In this document: in pieces, positions 25,609 through 40,900 of the stretch | Numbering within the stretch: the stretch's first letter is position 1 | Layout of the letters: every line of letters begins with the position of its first letter | Assembly (NCBI RefSeq): GCF_018977255.1 | Contig: NW_024704742.1 | Span: 59,894,001-59,958,000, forward strand | Source of the DNA: Callorhinchus milii | Taxonomy: Eukaryota | Length of the DNA: 64,000 nucleotides | Direction of reading: 5' to 3' | The notes under the pieces: model-generated | Told to the model about the DNA's origin: nothing | Databases searched by the model: none | What the model saw: only the letters and a program-made list of their open reading frames with translations | Position numbers and translations under genes: made by a program

Positions 25609-26532
25609 ACATGATGTGCTGAGGAATAGACTTGTATTAAATCCATCTGTGCCCAGAACTTTATTCAGGTTTGATTACAAAAGAGGGGTTAGGAAAGTGC
25701 TTCGGACTGATGACATGGCTGCAACTGAGAGGCTACCATTGTGCTAATTTGAGTGACTTAAGTGGGAGGGCTAATGGAAAGAGGACTAAGTTAATCCTCT
25801 CACCGTTGAAGCTGTTGAAATCCCTTCCATTATTGGTTATAACAACAATAGCTGCCAGATTGTTACTTCAGCAACCACTGTCAGTGACTGAAGGGATGAT
25901 TGCATTCCGTAGAAAACCAGCAGAGGTTCAGGAAGACCAAGACTTAAGAACATTGAGCTATTGAGTTCAATTTTGCTTTTAGACCAACACAAGAATAACC
26001 TTCATTATGGCTAACAGAAGCCAATTATACAATATTCGATTAACAAAGACAAACCAACAAGGTGGAGGAGATAGCTCTGTGAGTTTCTGCAGCTTGTTAC
26101 ATATAGTCAAACATATTGTGGTGGAAGTGTACTGGTGATTGTGAGAGTATCAATTTAGGGATGAATATTTGATCCCAAATCCACACTCTAGCAAATCCAC
26201 ATGATACATGGTTGGAGAACCCAATGAAGCATTGCAGTATAGCACCGCTTCTACATTATAAATTAAATAAGAAGACTCATAGAAACAATAATTGACACTG
26301 GATTTGAAAACGTTGACAGGTGCTGAGTGAATAATTGCAGGACAACTGGACCACTGTCACTAGTTTGTGATGGAGTTAACTGTACAGTCACTGAATGAAC
26401 ATATCCAATAACTCCATCCTATCCTTTAAACAATTCACATTTGCATTACCTTTAATTGCATGGTGTGTCTGGTTTTGCCTTGATAATAATAGAAGTTAGT
26501 CAATTAGTGGATCGGTTTCCAGGGTAATAATC

Positions 26533-26934
26533 CTCCACTGGCTCCCTATCGCCGAACAGATCAATTTCAGGATCCACACACTTGTTTTCAAATTGCTTCA
26601 TGCCCTGGCACCTCTGAACCTCTCTGACCTGCTTACTCCCCAACCCACAATCCGCTGCCACCGCTCGACTGGCTCGGGCCTTCTGCATGTCCCTCGTACC
26701 CTCCGTTCCACAATTGGCAGCCGCCACTTTCAGCCACTACGCTGGAACACTCTTCCCCTATCCCTCTGCCCTGGCCCTTTCTTCCCCATCTTCAGGAAGC
26801 ACCAAAAGATCTTCCTCTTTGGCGTGCCTACGGTCACCTCCCCCTCCCCCAGCTCGGCATCGTGCTCCGTCACTGTCAAGCGCTCTGGAACTCTACCCTG
26901 TGTGAGGGGTGCTATTTAAATCCAAGTTGTTGTA
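26533..26934 (+). mobile_element. L2 LINE 3' end (older subfamily)
   Basis: LHWLP..LHALAP..GLLHVPRTLRSTIG..WNTLP; GTTGTT tail. Confidence 0.9.
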
Positions 26935-27699
26935 TAATCTGTGAAGCGCTTTGAGAAGTCTCAACAACGTGATAAGGCGCTATATCAAATGCAAGTATTA
27001 TTATTATATTTTTATATTATGACATGGCAGCCAATTTGTATTCAGCAATGTTCCACAAACTGTCATGAAGTGAATCACCAACTTTATTTGGAGGATTGTT
27101 GGTCGGGAACTGGGAGAAACTCTCTTAGCTTTTCTCTTTCTTTTTTTGAATATCATCTCACTGTTATAAACAGATAAATGTGCAGTGTGATCAGTCAGTA
27201 AGTCGACAAGTTCAGGTTTGGCTTTCTCACTGACAGTAACACTAGTTTGTTTTGGGAGAAAATAGTGGTTGCACTGAGAGTGAAAGTTTTATTAAAAAAA
27301 AGCACCTTTCACAATACAGTCAATTTACGCCTTCAAATGTCTTCAAACGCCTGCTCTTGCTGTTCCAAGTTGTAAACAGACACTGGAATTGAAACATTTT
27401 GCCACAGGAAGCAAGTGTTGAGTTATTCCAACACTAACTAGCTAAAAAAACACACATATGCTTTTCTGCAAACATACCATGTCCTATCTGCACTGTTCCA
27501 CTTTTCAGTACATGCTTGATATTTATTGAGCAAATACAGATGAACATAACTTTTTAAATACAATATAGTGATCAAATATTGTATTGATTCATTACAAAAT
27601 AATTATCACATTGATTCTGTTATGAAACAGTAGAATTCCAATCAATTATCTATTGGCTGGTTTGAGGTCTCAACATCCCTGCAGGTTTTGGCACAATGA

Positions 27700-28040
27700 C
27701 AAGACAAGTTTGGATGAAGAAAGCCCTTTGGCCCATCTTATCTCATCCCTACAGAATACCCATCCCAATGTTCTCCCATCATAGCATGAAGCTGCTTTTT
27801 AATGAGTCCAGTGACCTGGCCTCAATCACCCTTCTTGGCAATCTATTCCAGCCGTTAATTATTATTTGGAGTCGGTCCTAAAATTGCCCTTCGCAACTCT
27901 AAACCTTTGTCTTCTTGTTCTGGTGTCTTGTAGCATTCTAAATTATTGTTCTGGGTTTACTTTTTCAAACCCTTTTAAAATGTTATATGCCTGTATAAGG
28001 TGCCCTCTGAGTCATCTATTCTCAAGACTGAAACGCCATA
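27700..28040 (-). mobile_element. CR1-clade LINE 3' fragment
   Basis: Minus strand reads SLE..LRGHLIQAYNILKGFEKVNPE; CR1 3' UTR. Confidence 0.85.
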
Positions 28041-30228
28041 GATTCTCTTATCATTGCTGAAATCTTGTTAATTGGCACTAATAGTGATCACCTCATCAAT
28101 ATTTTTTCCATTAGGCGGGTGTCTGACACATGCGGAAACCCTTACCATGCTTAAGAGTATTCAAACGAGACTGAGAGTTCCACGCAGGTATTCCACCTGC
28201 ACATAGAAATTTCCTTATATCTGGATTAGAATACAAGAAAGTATTAGGTGCAGGTTGGTAAGAGTAAAGGCTTACAGTCTCCAAAGTTTGCATTGGGGTA
28301 CTGCTGGAATTTAACCAGCTAACACAGCAAAGCTTGCCATTGAAAATAATGTCTGGCAAGCTTCACGCTGCTTGCCCAGCTAGAACCACCCTACCTGTTG
28401 GGGCTTTGGTACGAGTCCAAGCTCATCCTTCATCCCTGGCAATGAAAAGGTTACAATTGACACAAGGATCCCAGAGCAAAAAAATTATGTGTTACTTATT
28501 TCATGGATTAAATTAGTTATCTTTGAACAAAAAGTTAGAAATATTCTAACCATCTCTTATTAATTCCCCCCTGTGTTACAGTTATTATTTAAAGCTTCTA
28601 AGTTATAGAAACCATTTAAAAAATAAAAGAATCTTTAGAATATTATTGTCTACTGTATTTATGAGCTGGACTATCATAATGTTTTATACCTTTAAACAAA
28701 CTAAACAAAGCCAATCTTAGTAAAAATGATCAGCATTTACTTCAACTATAAAAATGCCCACAGGACACCATTATTGCTACAAGTGAGTTGATTAATGTAT
28801 TTAATAGCTGTAGAGTTCATGTCAAATGTTATGGATACAAGAGCACACAACAGAACAGTTTTCAGGCAGGATTTTAAAATTGAGACTGTTTGTGGTTTTC
28901 ATTAGAAAGAATGTCAAGGTCACACTTAAACTACAAGTACCTTTAAGATTACATGCTTCTGGTAAGATTTTATAATGAAATGGAAAAAACATCTGTATAA
29001 TTTCTGTTAAATTATTTTGTTGCTCTAACACACAACCAGCATGCCTCCTAGTAGAGGACGAGAATAAAGTGACCTTTATACATACTGGGAGCAATGTTAT
29101 TCGTGCAATGCATTCCATTAACACACACACACAAAAACAAGATTTTTAAAAAAATCTCAGATACTGGAAACCCGGAAAAAAGACAAACATAATTGCTTGA
29201 AATAAACAGCAGCGTAGTTAGTGTTCAGGACAGAAAGACATATCAACTTTTTGAGTAAGACATTTTGAACAATAGTAGAGCAATTTAGATGGAGAATATA
29301 CAAGAATTTATTTTCTTGTTTGGAAATAGCTGAAGTTTCAAAGAAAGAAAGCATGCATTTATAATAATAACCCTTGCATTTGGATTTCCCCCTGTCTCCC
29401 ATAGTATTGCAATAATCATGAAAATATTGCCAGCAGAAATGACATTGCAAAATATATGGTTTAGCTGCACAAATTTTGCTGTTAGCGAGAAGCTTGAATA
29501 GTTTCTAATGTCATCCAAACCTCAAGATTACATTCCAGTCAGCCGATCCAGTTATTGCTTTGAAAACAAATTATGTGTACAATTTTACATTTTGCCGTTC
29601 AGGTTCATTTTCTTCTGTTAATAAAACATCACTGTCAGGTTTGCAACCTCTGCTGTTACTGCAATAGATTTGCTGCTTTGGACTTTTCAGCCCAGGGCTC
29701 CATTATAAAGCGCAAGGTCAGGGACCTACATACAAGACTGTTTACATAGTTATATCTTTTGCTGAGGATGTGTGATGTGAGAAGCTTTGCAAATAGTCCC
29801 CATTATTAAGAACATTATAGAAGTTTTAGCTAGTTATTTTTCCACAGAGACATATTTCAAGCTAAGTGTGCATTTTGAAAAACAGCAATGCAATAATTTT
29901 GATTGTTTTCAAGCATTGAACCACCTTAATTTTTAAAGACATTCAAGAATATTTGTTGCACATTTCACTATTAAAGATAAGGAAATAAGACTATTAATTA
30001 TTATTTATTATACTATTAAAACAATGATTAACTATATTATTATACTTTTATTACTTGCCCATTCCTTCCCCATCTTCAGATTGCACCTGAAGACCTTCCT
30101 TTTCGACTGTGCCTACGGTCATCACTCTCTTCCCTGGGCTCGGAGTCATGCTCCACCACTGTCAAGTGCTCTGAGACGCTACCCTACTTTAGGGGGCGCT
30201 GTATAAATGCAAGTTGTGGTGTTGTTAT

Positions 30229-30598
30229 TAATAATAAACCTTGCATTTAATATAGTGCCTTAATCACATCTTTGAGATGTCTCAAAATGCTTCACAGACT
30301 ATACTGTAAACTGAATTGACTGTATATTTTGTGGGCAAAATGTGGCAGCTAGTTGAGTACAGCAGTGTCCCATAAACAGTCGTGGAATGAAATGACAAAT
30401 TTATAAAATTTTTTTTGAAGGAATTATTACCCCCAGAACAGCAATCCACCAATCGACTAACAACAGGTTACTACTTACTGCTAGGTAAATAGAGGTGAGT
30501 GGAGGAAGAAACTTGGCCAACGTTTCACCCTGCCTGGAATCAAACCTGGGTCTTTCGCTTGCGAGGCGAGTGCTCTCAGCTCTGAGCTACAAGACTTC
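30229..30598 (-). mobile_element. tRNA-derived SINE, long subfamily
   Basis: Family match; follows an L2 tail at ~30060-30225. Confidence 0.9.
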
Positions 30599-31455
30599 GG
30601 ATACACTTTGATCTCAGAAAGAACTCAGAAAGAGAAGAAAACAAATTCAATTTGAAAAATCCCAAAACAACGTAAATTAAAATATTCTGGATTAATTTAT
30701 AGGCACCACAACTCGGCTACATGTCAGATCAATGGAATTAATAAAACATAGTTTTGTTATTTTTGGTCAGATGTATTTCTGACAATGTGGAAACACATTC
30801 TTAAGACTATCCAAACCAGAATGAGAGTTCCACGTATGCATGCTACATACAAATGGAAATTTTCCTGTATCTTGAGAGGAATGTGCACTCTCTCCCCTAG
30901 TGGAACCCACTCTGCTCAAGTAAATCCAGAAAATGCTTGCCACAAGTTGGAGAGAATCAAGGATTGAGGATCCCAGAGTGAGTGTTGAGGTACTGCTGGA
31001 GTTTAACCAGCTAAAGCCCCATGGCTTGCCATTGAGTGTACTGTCTGGTGAAGGTTCTCATTGTTTGATGAAATTACAGCAACATGTTTGCTGCAATAAC
31101 ATTCCTAGTCTAGAAACTTTTCACCAAATGTTACATTTTATGCCACCATCCCAGGTAACATTCTGTCCTTAATTATGAATGCCTTGCCATCTGTGGGGTT
31201 AATGCAGCGTGATTAAACTGGAATTGGCAATGTTGCCAAGTGTGAACGTTTACTGCAGAAGTTATTGGAGCCAAATACTGTAAAACATTAAAAATCAGTT
31301 ATTGGTTACTGCTATTACTCAGCGAGATTATCCAGAGCGGAGCCTAGTCATGCAGAATGGGAGTTCTTATGTTCAGTTCTCGGCCTGAACTTTGTTAAAT
31401 GATCTCAAACGAGGCAAAATGATAGGCCTCAGCATTTTGGTTCAGGGAGAGCGAA

Positions 31456-31825
31456 AATAATAATAATAATAATCCTTGCATTTGATATAGCACCTTATTA
31501 CGTCTACAAGATGTCTCAAAACGCTTCACAGAATATACTGTAAAGTGATTTGACTGTATATTTTCTGGGTGAAACACGGCAGCCAATTGATCACATCAGT
31601 ATTCCCCAAACAGCCGTGGATTAAGCGACAAAATTATTTTTTTAAGGGATTATTACACCCAGAAAGGCGATCTGCCAATTGTCTAACATTCGGGTTCCTA
31701 CTTACTGCTGGTAAACAGAGGTGTGTAGAGTAAAGAAACTTGGCCAATGTTTTGCCCTGCCAGGAATCAAACCCATGTCCGCTCACTTGTGAGGTACGTG
31801 TTCTAACCACTAAGCTACAGTACTC
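31456..31825 (-). mobile_element. tRNA-derived SINE, long subfamily
   Basis: Family match; inserted just after the motif C/D region of L copy B. Confidence 0.9.
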
Positions 31826-33767
31826 CAATGATGTAATGGATGGAGTTGTAGGTTACAGAATGGGAGCTCGCTGGTGCGATTCCTGGTCTGTGGTACTCTC
31901 AGTTGGGGCTGCATTGGGAGGTTAAAATGGCTCTGACATTCACAGGGTTAGGGAGTTAGAAAGCAGCCAGGCTCTTGCTCCATCCCTCTTCAGCACCCTC
32001 TACTGATTGTGCATGTGTATGCCAGACTGGTGAGAGTAATGGATGTCTGTAGCACCTTACACAGTCCAGTGGCTTACAACACTCACTGTCAAGACTCACA
32101 CATGAATAGTGGTCACTTAGGCAGGGTACCAGAGGCAACCAGTGCCAGTGGAACTAGATCACGAGATGGTTTGGGTGAAGAAGCCACTTTGGCCCATTAA
32201 ATTCTATCCTTCTAAAACATCCGCCCTACTGTTCTCCCATGGCAGTATCAAGCTTATTTTTAAATGAGTCCACTGTCCTGGCCTTCACCACTTTCCTGGC
32301 AACCTGCTCCAGTCGTTGATTCCCATATGAGGTAAAACATCTATCCTTGCATTTGATATAGTGCCATATCACGCCTTGAAGATGTCGCTAAGTGCTTCAC
32401 AGAATATACTGTAAAGTGAATTGACCGTATATGTTGTGGGCAAATGAGGTGGATAGCGCCAGAGTAGAGGCATAGGTATATGTGTTAGCCTGGCTCATTT
32501 AGTAATGCTCACAGCTGAGCCAGGCTGACACAACCTATTACCTTGCAAATTATTAATATGGTAAACTCTTTGATTCTTCAGCCAGATGCATTGTACTTAT
32601 TTGAATGTTGTTGTTTTTGCTTATAGGCTCACAACCTTGTGAAGTCAATAGTAGTAATCCATGTATCTTGTAGTTCTAAGCTTCCCCAGTCATATTAGCA
32701 TGCGGATGTATTTATCACAAACTTGGTTGTAATGTACAATAATATCTAGCTTGAAGGCTGAAAGCATTATTGTACACTTAAGAAAATGTCCATTATCCAT
32801 GGTGAATTCCTTCCTCACCCCCCAAACTCTTGAGATCCGTTTTAAAAGGAAATATTTTCAGCTATCTTGGATTTGATCAAGGAAATGCTGTTAAACTGCC
32901 AACTAGAAATAGCCTTCTATGAGTGACAATTGATGGACAATAGCAAAAAAACATTTCATAAGATTGAATAGTTCATATGATCAGATTTAGCGTTTTTGTA
33001 CCAAGGTTATAAATAAATTATTGTGAAGCTCTCAGATGCCGCAATGAGATAAGTTTATTATAAAAGTATAATCTTTCAGTCTAATGCTTTTGGGCTCAGC
33101 TGTTGTAAATGTAATCATGTTGAAGCACTTATTAGGCAGCTTCAGCGTTCCGTACATCTTGTGTTGAGTAATGGATGGCAAAGCAACGGCAAAATATTCG
33201 GCTACAAATTATGCCCACAGACATCACAGCGAAAAGCATTCCTTCCTGCAGGCTAAAGCATATTATGTTCAGCAGTTTTGACTTTAATTATGATATTTCA
33301 TTTAATGCAATATTATTACTGTATAACAGATATTAATCAGCTAAACTGCACCAGATCTGTTCTAATGACTAATCTTGGTGAACCAACTATACTTGATCAT
33401 TTGCAGTTATGAAAATTCTGTAACCATATTTACATAAATAAAACATTGAATAAATTATTCATTTCACTGGAAACGTATTCTCTTGTTTACAAGTATTTTC
33501 AATGGTTTCTAATCGCTTACATGCTGTGCTACATGCTATGGGGAACTGAATTGGTACAGGACATCTATAACCAGGATAGGAATCCAACAGCCTGGAATAT
33601 TGTAAGGAAAACACAGTTACCGAACATTGGGACGTTCAACTCACAGTCTGAGCTGATACTCCATTGCAGTGCTGGAGAACACTGCATTGTTGGAGGTGCT
33701 GTCCTTTTGGATGAGAGCAATGGTCTTGGCTGCCTGTTCGTGTTGACATTATAGAACCTTTTGCACT

Positions 33768-33795
33768 ATTAATTAATTAATTAATTAATTAATAT
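33768..33795. repeat. (TTAA)n microsatellite
   Basis: TTAATTAATTAATTAATTAATTAA run. Confidence 0.9.
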
Positions 33796-34710
33796 TAATC
33801 CAGATTAATTGTTCATGGATGTTTGTGGCTGCTCATGCCTATAATTTGTTGTACATAAATTGTAGCCATTCATTGACTAACTACAATCAATACACTTTGC
33901 AGTGGGTCCTCTAAAGTACTTTGCAATGTCCTCTGGATGTGAAAGGCACTATTTAAAATGCAAGGATTCTTACAGCATGAAACTTAGATTTTTAACAAAA
34001 ACAGGAATAAGTGACTCACCCTTTGAAAGTAAAGACAAAGATAAATATTTATTTGCATTTGGCCAGTCATAAGTCATTTATTATTTTGGTTTGATTCAGG
34101 CAGGTAACTGACATGGGCAGAAAGCCAACACAATGCTGTTGACTGGCAATCAGCCTCTGTTATAGCCCTGGTTGAGTTTATAGATCAAAACTACTGTTAT
34201 TCACAAGTTAACGGAGCTCCACTGTAGCAATTCATGCAATCTACCTCAGCAGAAGTTATTACAGGCAATGAAGTGGATCACAAGTTCATTCAAGGAACGC
34301 TGAATCTGTATCACCACTTAAAAGTGTGATGCCGGGGGGAATGGTGCCACAACATGCAGACGTTGTGATGTATGACCGTCAATTTCCTGAGTCCATTAAT
34401 CTCTGCGATTAATTATCTCGACAGTGAATTCTGCCTCTCTACCTTTCCCCATCTGAGAGGAAGTGGATAGTGTATTTAAGACATCGCTAAGTAATGTCAA
34501 TCTATATCAGGTCAAGGGAGACAGAGCGAACAAAAGAGTCTAAGATGCTGGATGACCAAGTTAGGCGCATTTTTCAAACTTGGAAAAGTAGAAATTTTAA
34601 AAAGTTAGAAACTCAGGTACACGGATACATATTTAATAAAGCAGCTGAGTTGTAAAGAGGTTGAATAATTTAGTAACGTGATGTCTGTTTCTTCAAAACT
34701 CCCACCATAA

Positions 34711-34940
34711 CTTCCAGGCAGGGCGAAACCTTGGGCAAGTTTCCTTACTCCACAAAAACAAAACAATAATAAATTGGTCATTTTCAATCCATGACTGTTT
34801 GCGGGACACTGCTGTGCGCAATTGGCTGCCCACAAATATACGGTCAATTCACTTTACAGCATATTCTGTGAAGTGCTTTGAGACGTCTAGAAGATGTGAA
34901 AAGCGCTATATCAAATGCAAGGATTATTATTATTATTATT
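34711..34940 (+). mobile_element. 5'-truncated tRNA-derived SINE
   Basis: Begins at TTCCAGGCAGGGCGAAACC; (TTA)n tail. Confidence 0.9.
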
Positions 34941-37900
34941 AATGTGTTGCTTAGGAAGGCATGAGTTCCTGGGCTCTTGCAGCATAATATTTAAACAGCA
35001 TTTGGGATTTTTTTCATCCCCAACTAAATGTGTGTGTGTGTTGACCTCAGTAAAGGTTTCAGGGCTGAGTACTCAAGAGAGTCAAGGCAGCAGGCGAGGC
35101 TGTGACTGTCTGCAGACACTTCCCAAATCTTGCCTAGAATCCAGTGTATGGGCAAGAGTTCACAAAAAGCGAATAAATATTAAGAAAAAAAATGTTGATT
35201 TTGGCTGACATTTTCCTTTCAGATGTTTTGCAGCCAAGAGAAGAAAAAAAATCCGAAAATTCCATCAAATAATGAAGGGCTTTTTCAGGAGCAAAACTGA
35301 AGCTGCACTTATGATGTCTGAATGCTGCATCTTCATCTCCAATGTCACATTATTTTGAAAAGGCTGTATCCAATAATTAATCCCCCTCCTCTCCCCCCTC
35401 CCTAAATAGTTGTCCTCTACAACAGTGACAGTAAATACCTTTCATATCTGAACAAAAATGATAATTCAACAGATATTTGAAAAAGACCACTTTCTGAAAA
35501 GCTGAGAAAATTCAGATGTCGTAAATGAGAGCTTTATTGGCAAAAAAATTATAGGCATTGTTGGAATGAGGCTTGTGCTCTCCATAGCTGTGGATTGCTG
35601 AGACAGCTGGGTCTGCAGTATACTCCAGAGCACTATTGATGACAAACCCGCCAGCCTGGCTGATAGGTAGGACTTAGAAGGTAGATTGAGAGTAGAGACT
35701 CCTGTTTACCTTGTAAACCATGGGTAGGACTATATTAGCTGGACTACCAATGGGGAGTTTTGCAGACATTGCTCAAGATGGGCAGTTTTATTTGGTTAAA
35801 TTGCAAAAGTATCTTTGATGCACACACTGGGGTCCAGAAGCCTTGGCTCTTGACAATCTTGACATCTAATATGTTTTTGAATACGGTGAGCATAGTGCAT
35901 CCCTGCAGGGACAGAATTTGCATTCCATTCCAGACTCAGGGAAATTTCCATATGTAGGTTGCAAACGTATATGGAACTCACAGTCTGGTCTGGATACCCT
36001 TAAGCATGGTCTTGGGTCTCCACATGTGTCAGGCACCCAAATGAGCAATAAGAAAAGCAGGGTCTGATTTAGATTGCCACAGTTTAGAGTCAGATTCTTA
36101 ACCTCCCACCAAGCGTTTCTTCTGACTGGAAGTAACGCTGTATTGATGCAATGAGGTAATTCTTGACTGAGAGTTTAGCCTCAAGACACCTGACACAGCA
36201 ATGAATTGAAATGTCAACCAAGCAGTTTCACACAGTATCAGAGATGAAAGATTATACTTTTTTAAAAAAAAGAAACACTCCATGAAACAAGTCCTCTAGA
36301 TTATAAACAGAATTGAATATGTTTTCCCTCTGCTCATAAACTGGACAATTAAAACAATGCTGGATGGGTGTTTTTTTCACAAAGAAATTGATTTTTTTAA
36401 GAAGAAAACCAGCGCTAAAAGCTTACGTCAAAAAAAATGTTTTCAAAAATATTTTAACTTTCCCATTGATTTCCTCAAGCGTGGTATTATTTTTGGTCGG
36501 GCATCTTTTGGAAGGCAGCTGCATTACATTCAAGTAGACAAAGAATCAATACCAGCTCAATAGACGTTGACAGACTGCACAGAAGAAAAGATGGAGTGAG
36601 AAGTGGCCATCTGGCCCATTCAGCCCACTGCTTCCAAGCAGATTTTACAATTTCCCCTATCATTGCTCATCTTATTTTGTTTCCTGATATTCTTCCGCCT
36701 CAAATAATAATTCATAGTTTTCTCTCTAAGACCATGATTTGCATTATTCGGATTATACCAGCTATTCTTCACAATTGGTCTTTCCATCATAGGGAAGATC
36801 ACATTGTACAGAGAATCTGTCAGCCTCTCTCTACAACAACAACTTGCATTGATATAGCACCCCTCATACAGGTAGGCATCCCAGAGTGCTTGATGTTCAT
36901 CTCTACAATCGTTGAATCCCATTCATTATCAGATACTTATAACAAATCAGTCTTTAACAAATACAGAATTAACTACATACAAAAACTCTAATACCCTGAT
37001 ATATGAATCAGTTACTGCACAACTTGTGGGATTAAAGAAAAAAATGTACATTTGACTTTTCCACAATATGCAGATTGATGCGTTTTTGTAATGACAAACA
37101 TGGCTGTTTGTGAGACATTGATATGTGCAAAATTGACTGCTCCATTCTCTCACAAAACACGCATAGTCAAAATACATTACAGTAAATCATGTGAAGCATT
37201 TTGAGATGTCCTTCCAAAGTGAACGGCGCTATATCAAATGTAACAAAGATTATTACTATTATAAGGAGATTTGCATAAATAGCCTTGATCACAGAGACTA
37301 ATTTTTCTTTCTCCAGCAGTGTGAATTCAAATACAATTCAGGGTAATGTGAGGCTCTCTTCCTGCACTCGCAGCCATAGTATTAAAAATATGATCCTTAA
37401 GAACTTATTTTCTTTCTAATGAATGAAAATACTTTGTTCTGCCTGAATCATTCAGTTTTCTATGTGAGGCTATCGTGTTAAAGAAACAAGTATGCAAAAA
37501 TGACAGCGTGTCACTGGGGTCTGATAACTTGATGGTGTCAATTTCCTTAAATCTAAATGTCATCAGTGTAGCCCAGCACAAGGTATAATTTCAAATTCCA
37601 GCAATTTGCATCCATTTCTCCTGTAAATTAGTCAGTTGTTCACAATATTGCCCATAATTGAAATTTCAACTAACTTGGTTCGTTGACTGTGTCACTTATC
37701 AATCCTGAATATTCCCCAATATCCATACTCATCATTCAAAGTCTGCACTTGGGAATTGTCTGTTGTGTCAAGATTATAATATGCAGAATTGAGCCGTCAA
37801 ATGGTTACGTTTTTAATTCTAATTTGTAATTTTTTGCATGAGAGACTTATATAGAAACGTCATTGCCAAATAGAAAAGATGTACTCATTGTATTTTCAAA

Positions 37901-40900
37901 GCAGAAAATGTCATTGGTAACTCAATAGGATCACAGAGATCAGTGCTTACAGTTTGGGATGTGATGGTACATTCATTGTCAAAAGTCTGAATACAACAGG
38001 CAATCTGAAGACTTGAGAGGATGCCAAGTGCAGTATCTCAGAAAATGTCTGTTGCACTGTGCTGAAAGATTTGATTGTTCCCTTGTCCGTGCATTGTTTC
38101 TTGTTCATTATTTAGACAGACAATGTCCTTTTCACTTAAAAATCATTGACAGAGAAGACATTTCTAACAATTATGACTCAAATAACATTCCTAGTGTTTC
38201 AGTTTGTTTGCTCATACAAAAGCTTTGAATCTCCCATTAGATTTAGTGTTGATCATTTTGCAAGTTGATCTCAAGATTCAGCACGTGAGTTCCATGTGGT
38301 AGTGAAACAAAGCTGACAGTTGCAAAAAAACAGCTGCCAGGTTTTGCCTCAAAACTAACCATGCAAGTCCCTTTTGGTATGAAAAAAGACTGAAGAGCAA
38401 ATGAGCCAGATAAAGAGAGATGGCCTTTTTCATACTTTAACGACTTTCAGAAATCACAGTTAGACTTTTTTTTGCAAATATTACTTTGCTATGCTTAAGA
38501 GTATCGAAAACAAACTACCGAGAGTTTTGATTATGCATGGTAAATTTCCATTCATCTCGAATGGATTGTGCACTCTCTCCCTGTAGGGATGCTCCCTGCT
38601 CGAGAGTGATTGGTGCAGGTCGGGAAGAGTCAAAGTTTGGAGACTCCAGAGTGTATGCTGGGGTAGTGATGGAGTTTAACTAACTGAACTCCACATATTA
38701 ATGTTTTAATCAGGCTCTAGATAAGAAGGACATATTACATTAACACTATGGGCGTTGTTTATGGTCAGCTGAGTTTCTGGCATATGCAGAAACTTATCAC
38801 CATATCCATTCCATTCTTGCATTTAATGTAACACCTCATCACGTCATTGAGACATCTCAAAGAACTTCAAAGGACTGCACAAGTGCAGGTGCATGATAAG
38901 GGCAAGAGTAAGACTGGGCTCTCAGAATGTGTGTTGGGATACTGCCAAAGTTTACCCAGCTAAATCCTCATAACTTGTCATTATGATCACAGTATGGCAA
39001 ACTTCATGTTGCTTGTCCAACTAGGAACCTTACTCAATAGGGTGTGACTAGCAGGATTACTGGGAGCTAAACGGGAAGAATCTCTGCGGCCCCCTTTCCC
39101 AATCTCCCCTCAATGTCCTGTCAATGATCCAGGCTGGCTGGTGTGTCTGGCTCCGAAACCGGAGTGCTGAGACCCCTTGATTTGTTTCCGACATTTCTGA
39201 ATATTGAGCAACAAGGTATTGGTTAACACAATTTTGATATTCCTTGAAAGCTGTGAAGTATAGTCAAAATAATAATAATACATTTTTATATGTCACCTTT
39301 CATGTTATTGAGACATCATCAAGCTGTTGTCGTCAATAATTTTGATATGGATAAGGGAATACAAAGGTTCGAGAGGAAGTAAGGAGACTCATGTGGAATA
39401 TGAACACAGAAACAGATTAGTTGGACCAAATGGCCTATTTCTGTATTTTACAGTGTGTGTAAATCTGTTCAGGTATAATGGCTGAAAACTACATTTTATT
39501 CTGAGAAGAGGGGGTGTATTGAAACAGATAATGGTTATTGCATGTGTTAGTTACATTTGACACTCCTTTTTCTAGTAAAGGCACAATATCTGCAAGCTAT
39601 ATGTTAGAAAATTGGACAAACAGAACCTTTGAAGATTGATTATGCTACCATATCTGCTCATGTTATTTCAATAATCTATTCAGTACTATTGCAGACGACA
39701 ATGGATTTAAACTGCTTGCCATCTCGCTTCAATTTAACAGTCAGAAATAAGTATTTTATCATCAATCAGGCTACAAATTGACAAATGTTTCAATCACAGG
39801 CAACTTATATTATGGAACTTGTATCACTGTATTTGCAAATTCATTAGTAAACACTTCAAAAAAAGGCAAAAATAATATTTCTGCATTTCATTAAACTGGG
39901 TACTGAAAATGTGGTAGCAATGATATTCTTGAAGCATTTTCAAAATCCTATTACTATTTCCTTCTGTATATAATGGAAGTTCTGCAAAACTACTTCTGTG
40001 TTCGTTTTGCATGTGATGATGAGGGTCAGTATTAAATTAAAATATTCATGAAGACATTTCAGTGTGAATGCGAAGTCTTTACTCGCATGTGAGCTCAAAA
40101 GCAAAAGCACAATACATGAATGTGGCTTTCACGTTTGCCTCAAGACAAAGTCTAGATATCCAAGAAAAAAAGCTCACGTCACTCTCCATTTTACAGTCAG
40201 CTTCAATTGTTCTTGTTTATGAGATTTAGACAAGAGAAATTGGTGACCTAACCCCTCAATAATACAAGTCAGTCAAGTGTGTTGTCTATTTGTTGGAAAG
40301 GGGAACACAATCAATTGGAAAAGTTTAGCAGTTAGCTTTGCCATGGCACTACACACTTCATACGAATTGACTGGTCTTCATTCTTATACATTTGTCACAA
40401 TGATCTGCCAAAGTGCGGTCATGCAGCCTATTCTTCCCACCTCTCCATCAAGCTTTTATAGCCCAATACTGGCATGTTGTTCTTTAATTCACAATTTGCT
40501 GAAGAGAGTATTTTTTTGAATTATCCCGCAATCATTAACAGGAAGAGATCTGTCCTCTAACTACTCTATCATTCATCTTTCCTAAATTGTTCATACATTC
40601 AGATTGCTGGGTGACGAGATGTAAGCAAATATTTTGTACAGACCTTCATGAGATGTTCCTTAAATGTAAAAGGTGATACATAAATGTAAGTTGAAGCTGC
40701 TTTTATATGAAGTACCACTGGTTTATGAACACTGGATTGAGGGCAACATGAACTCCTCATAAGTTCTATGGAGGAAAACTTCAGTGACATAACAAAGAAC
40801 TTTACAAAAAGCGTCTTTGGTGCTGAATTGCTCTAAAAATAGGTTCTTGGCTCACAGCATATTTTTGTGGTAATTCAGCATGAAATACACAGTGAAAATC

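Larger units (their letters stand above)
24850..27290 (+). pseudogene. Endogenous viral element: HN-like receptor-binding protein gene, decayed (copy B); best-supported core 25620-26520
   Basis: NNNSCQIV 25841-25864 (~NRKSCSI/V); RTTGPLSLVCDGVNCTVTE*TYPITPSYPL..H.L.LHGV from 26339 (~RPG..C....CP..C.TGVY.D.YPL); TLVCF ~27241-27255 (~TTTCF); A-run TTATTAAAAAAAA 27289-27301 as a possible gene-end signal. It lies between F and L as expected. Confidence 0.5.
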
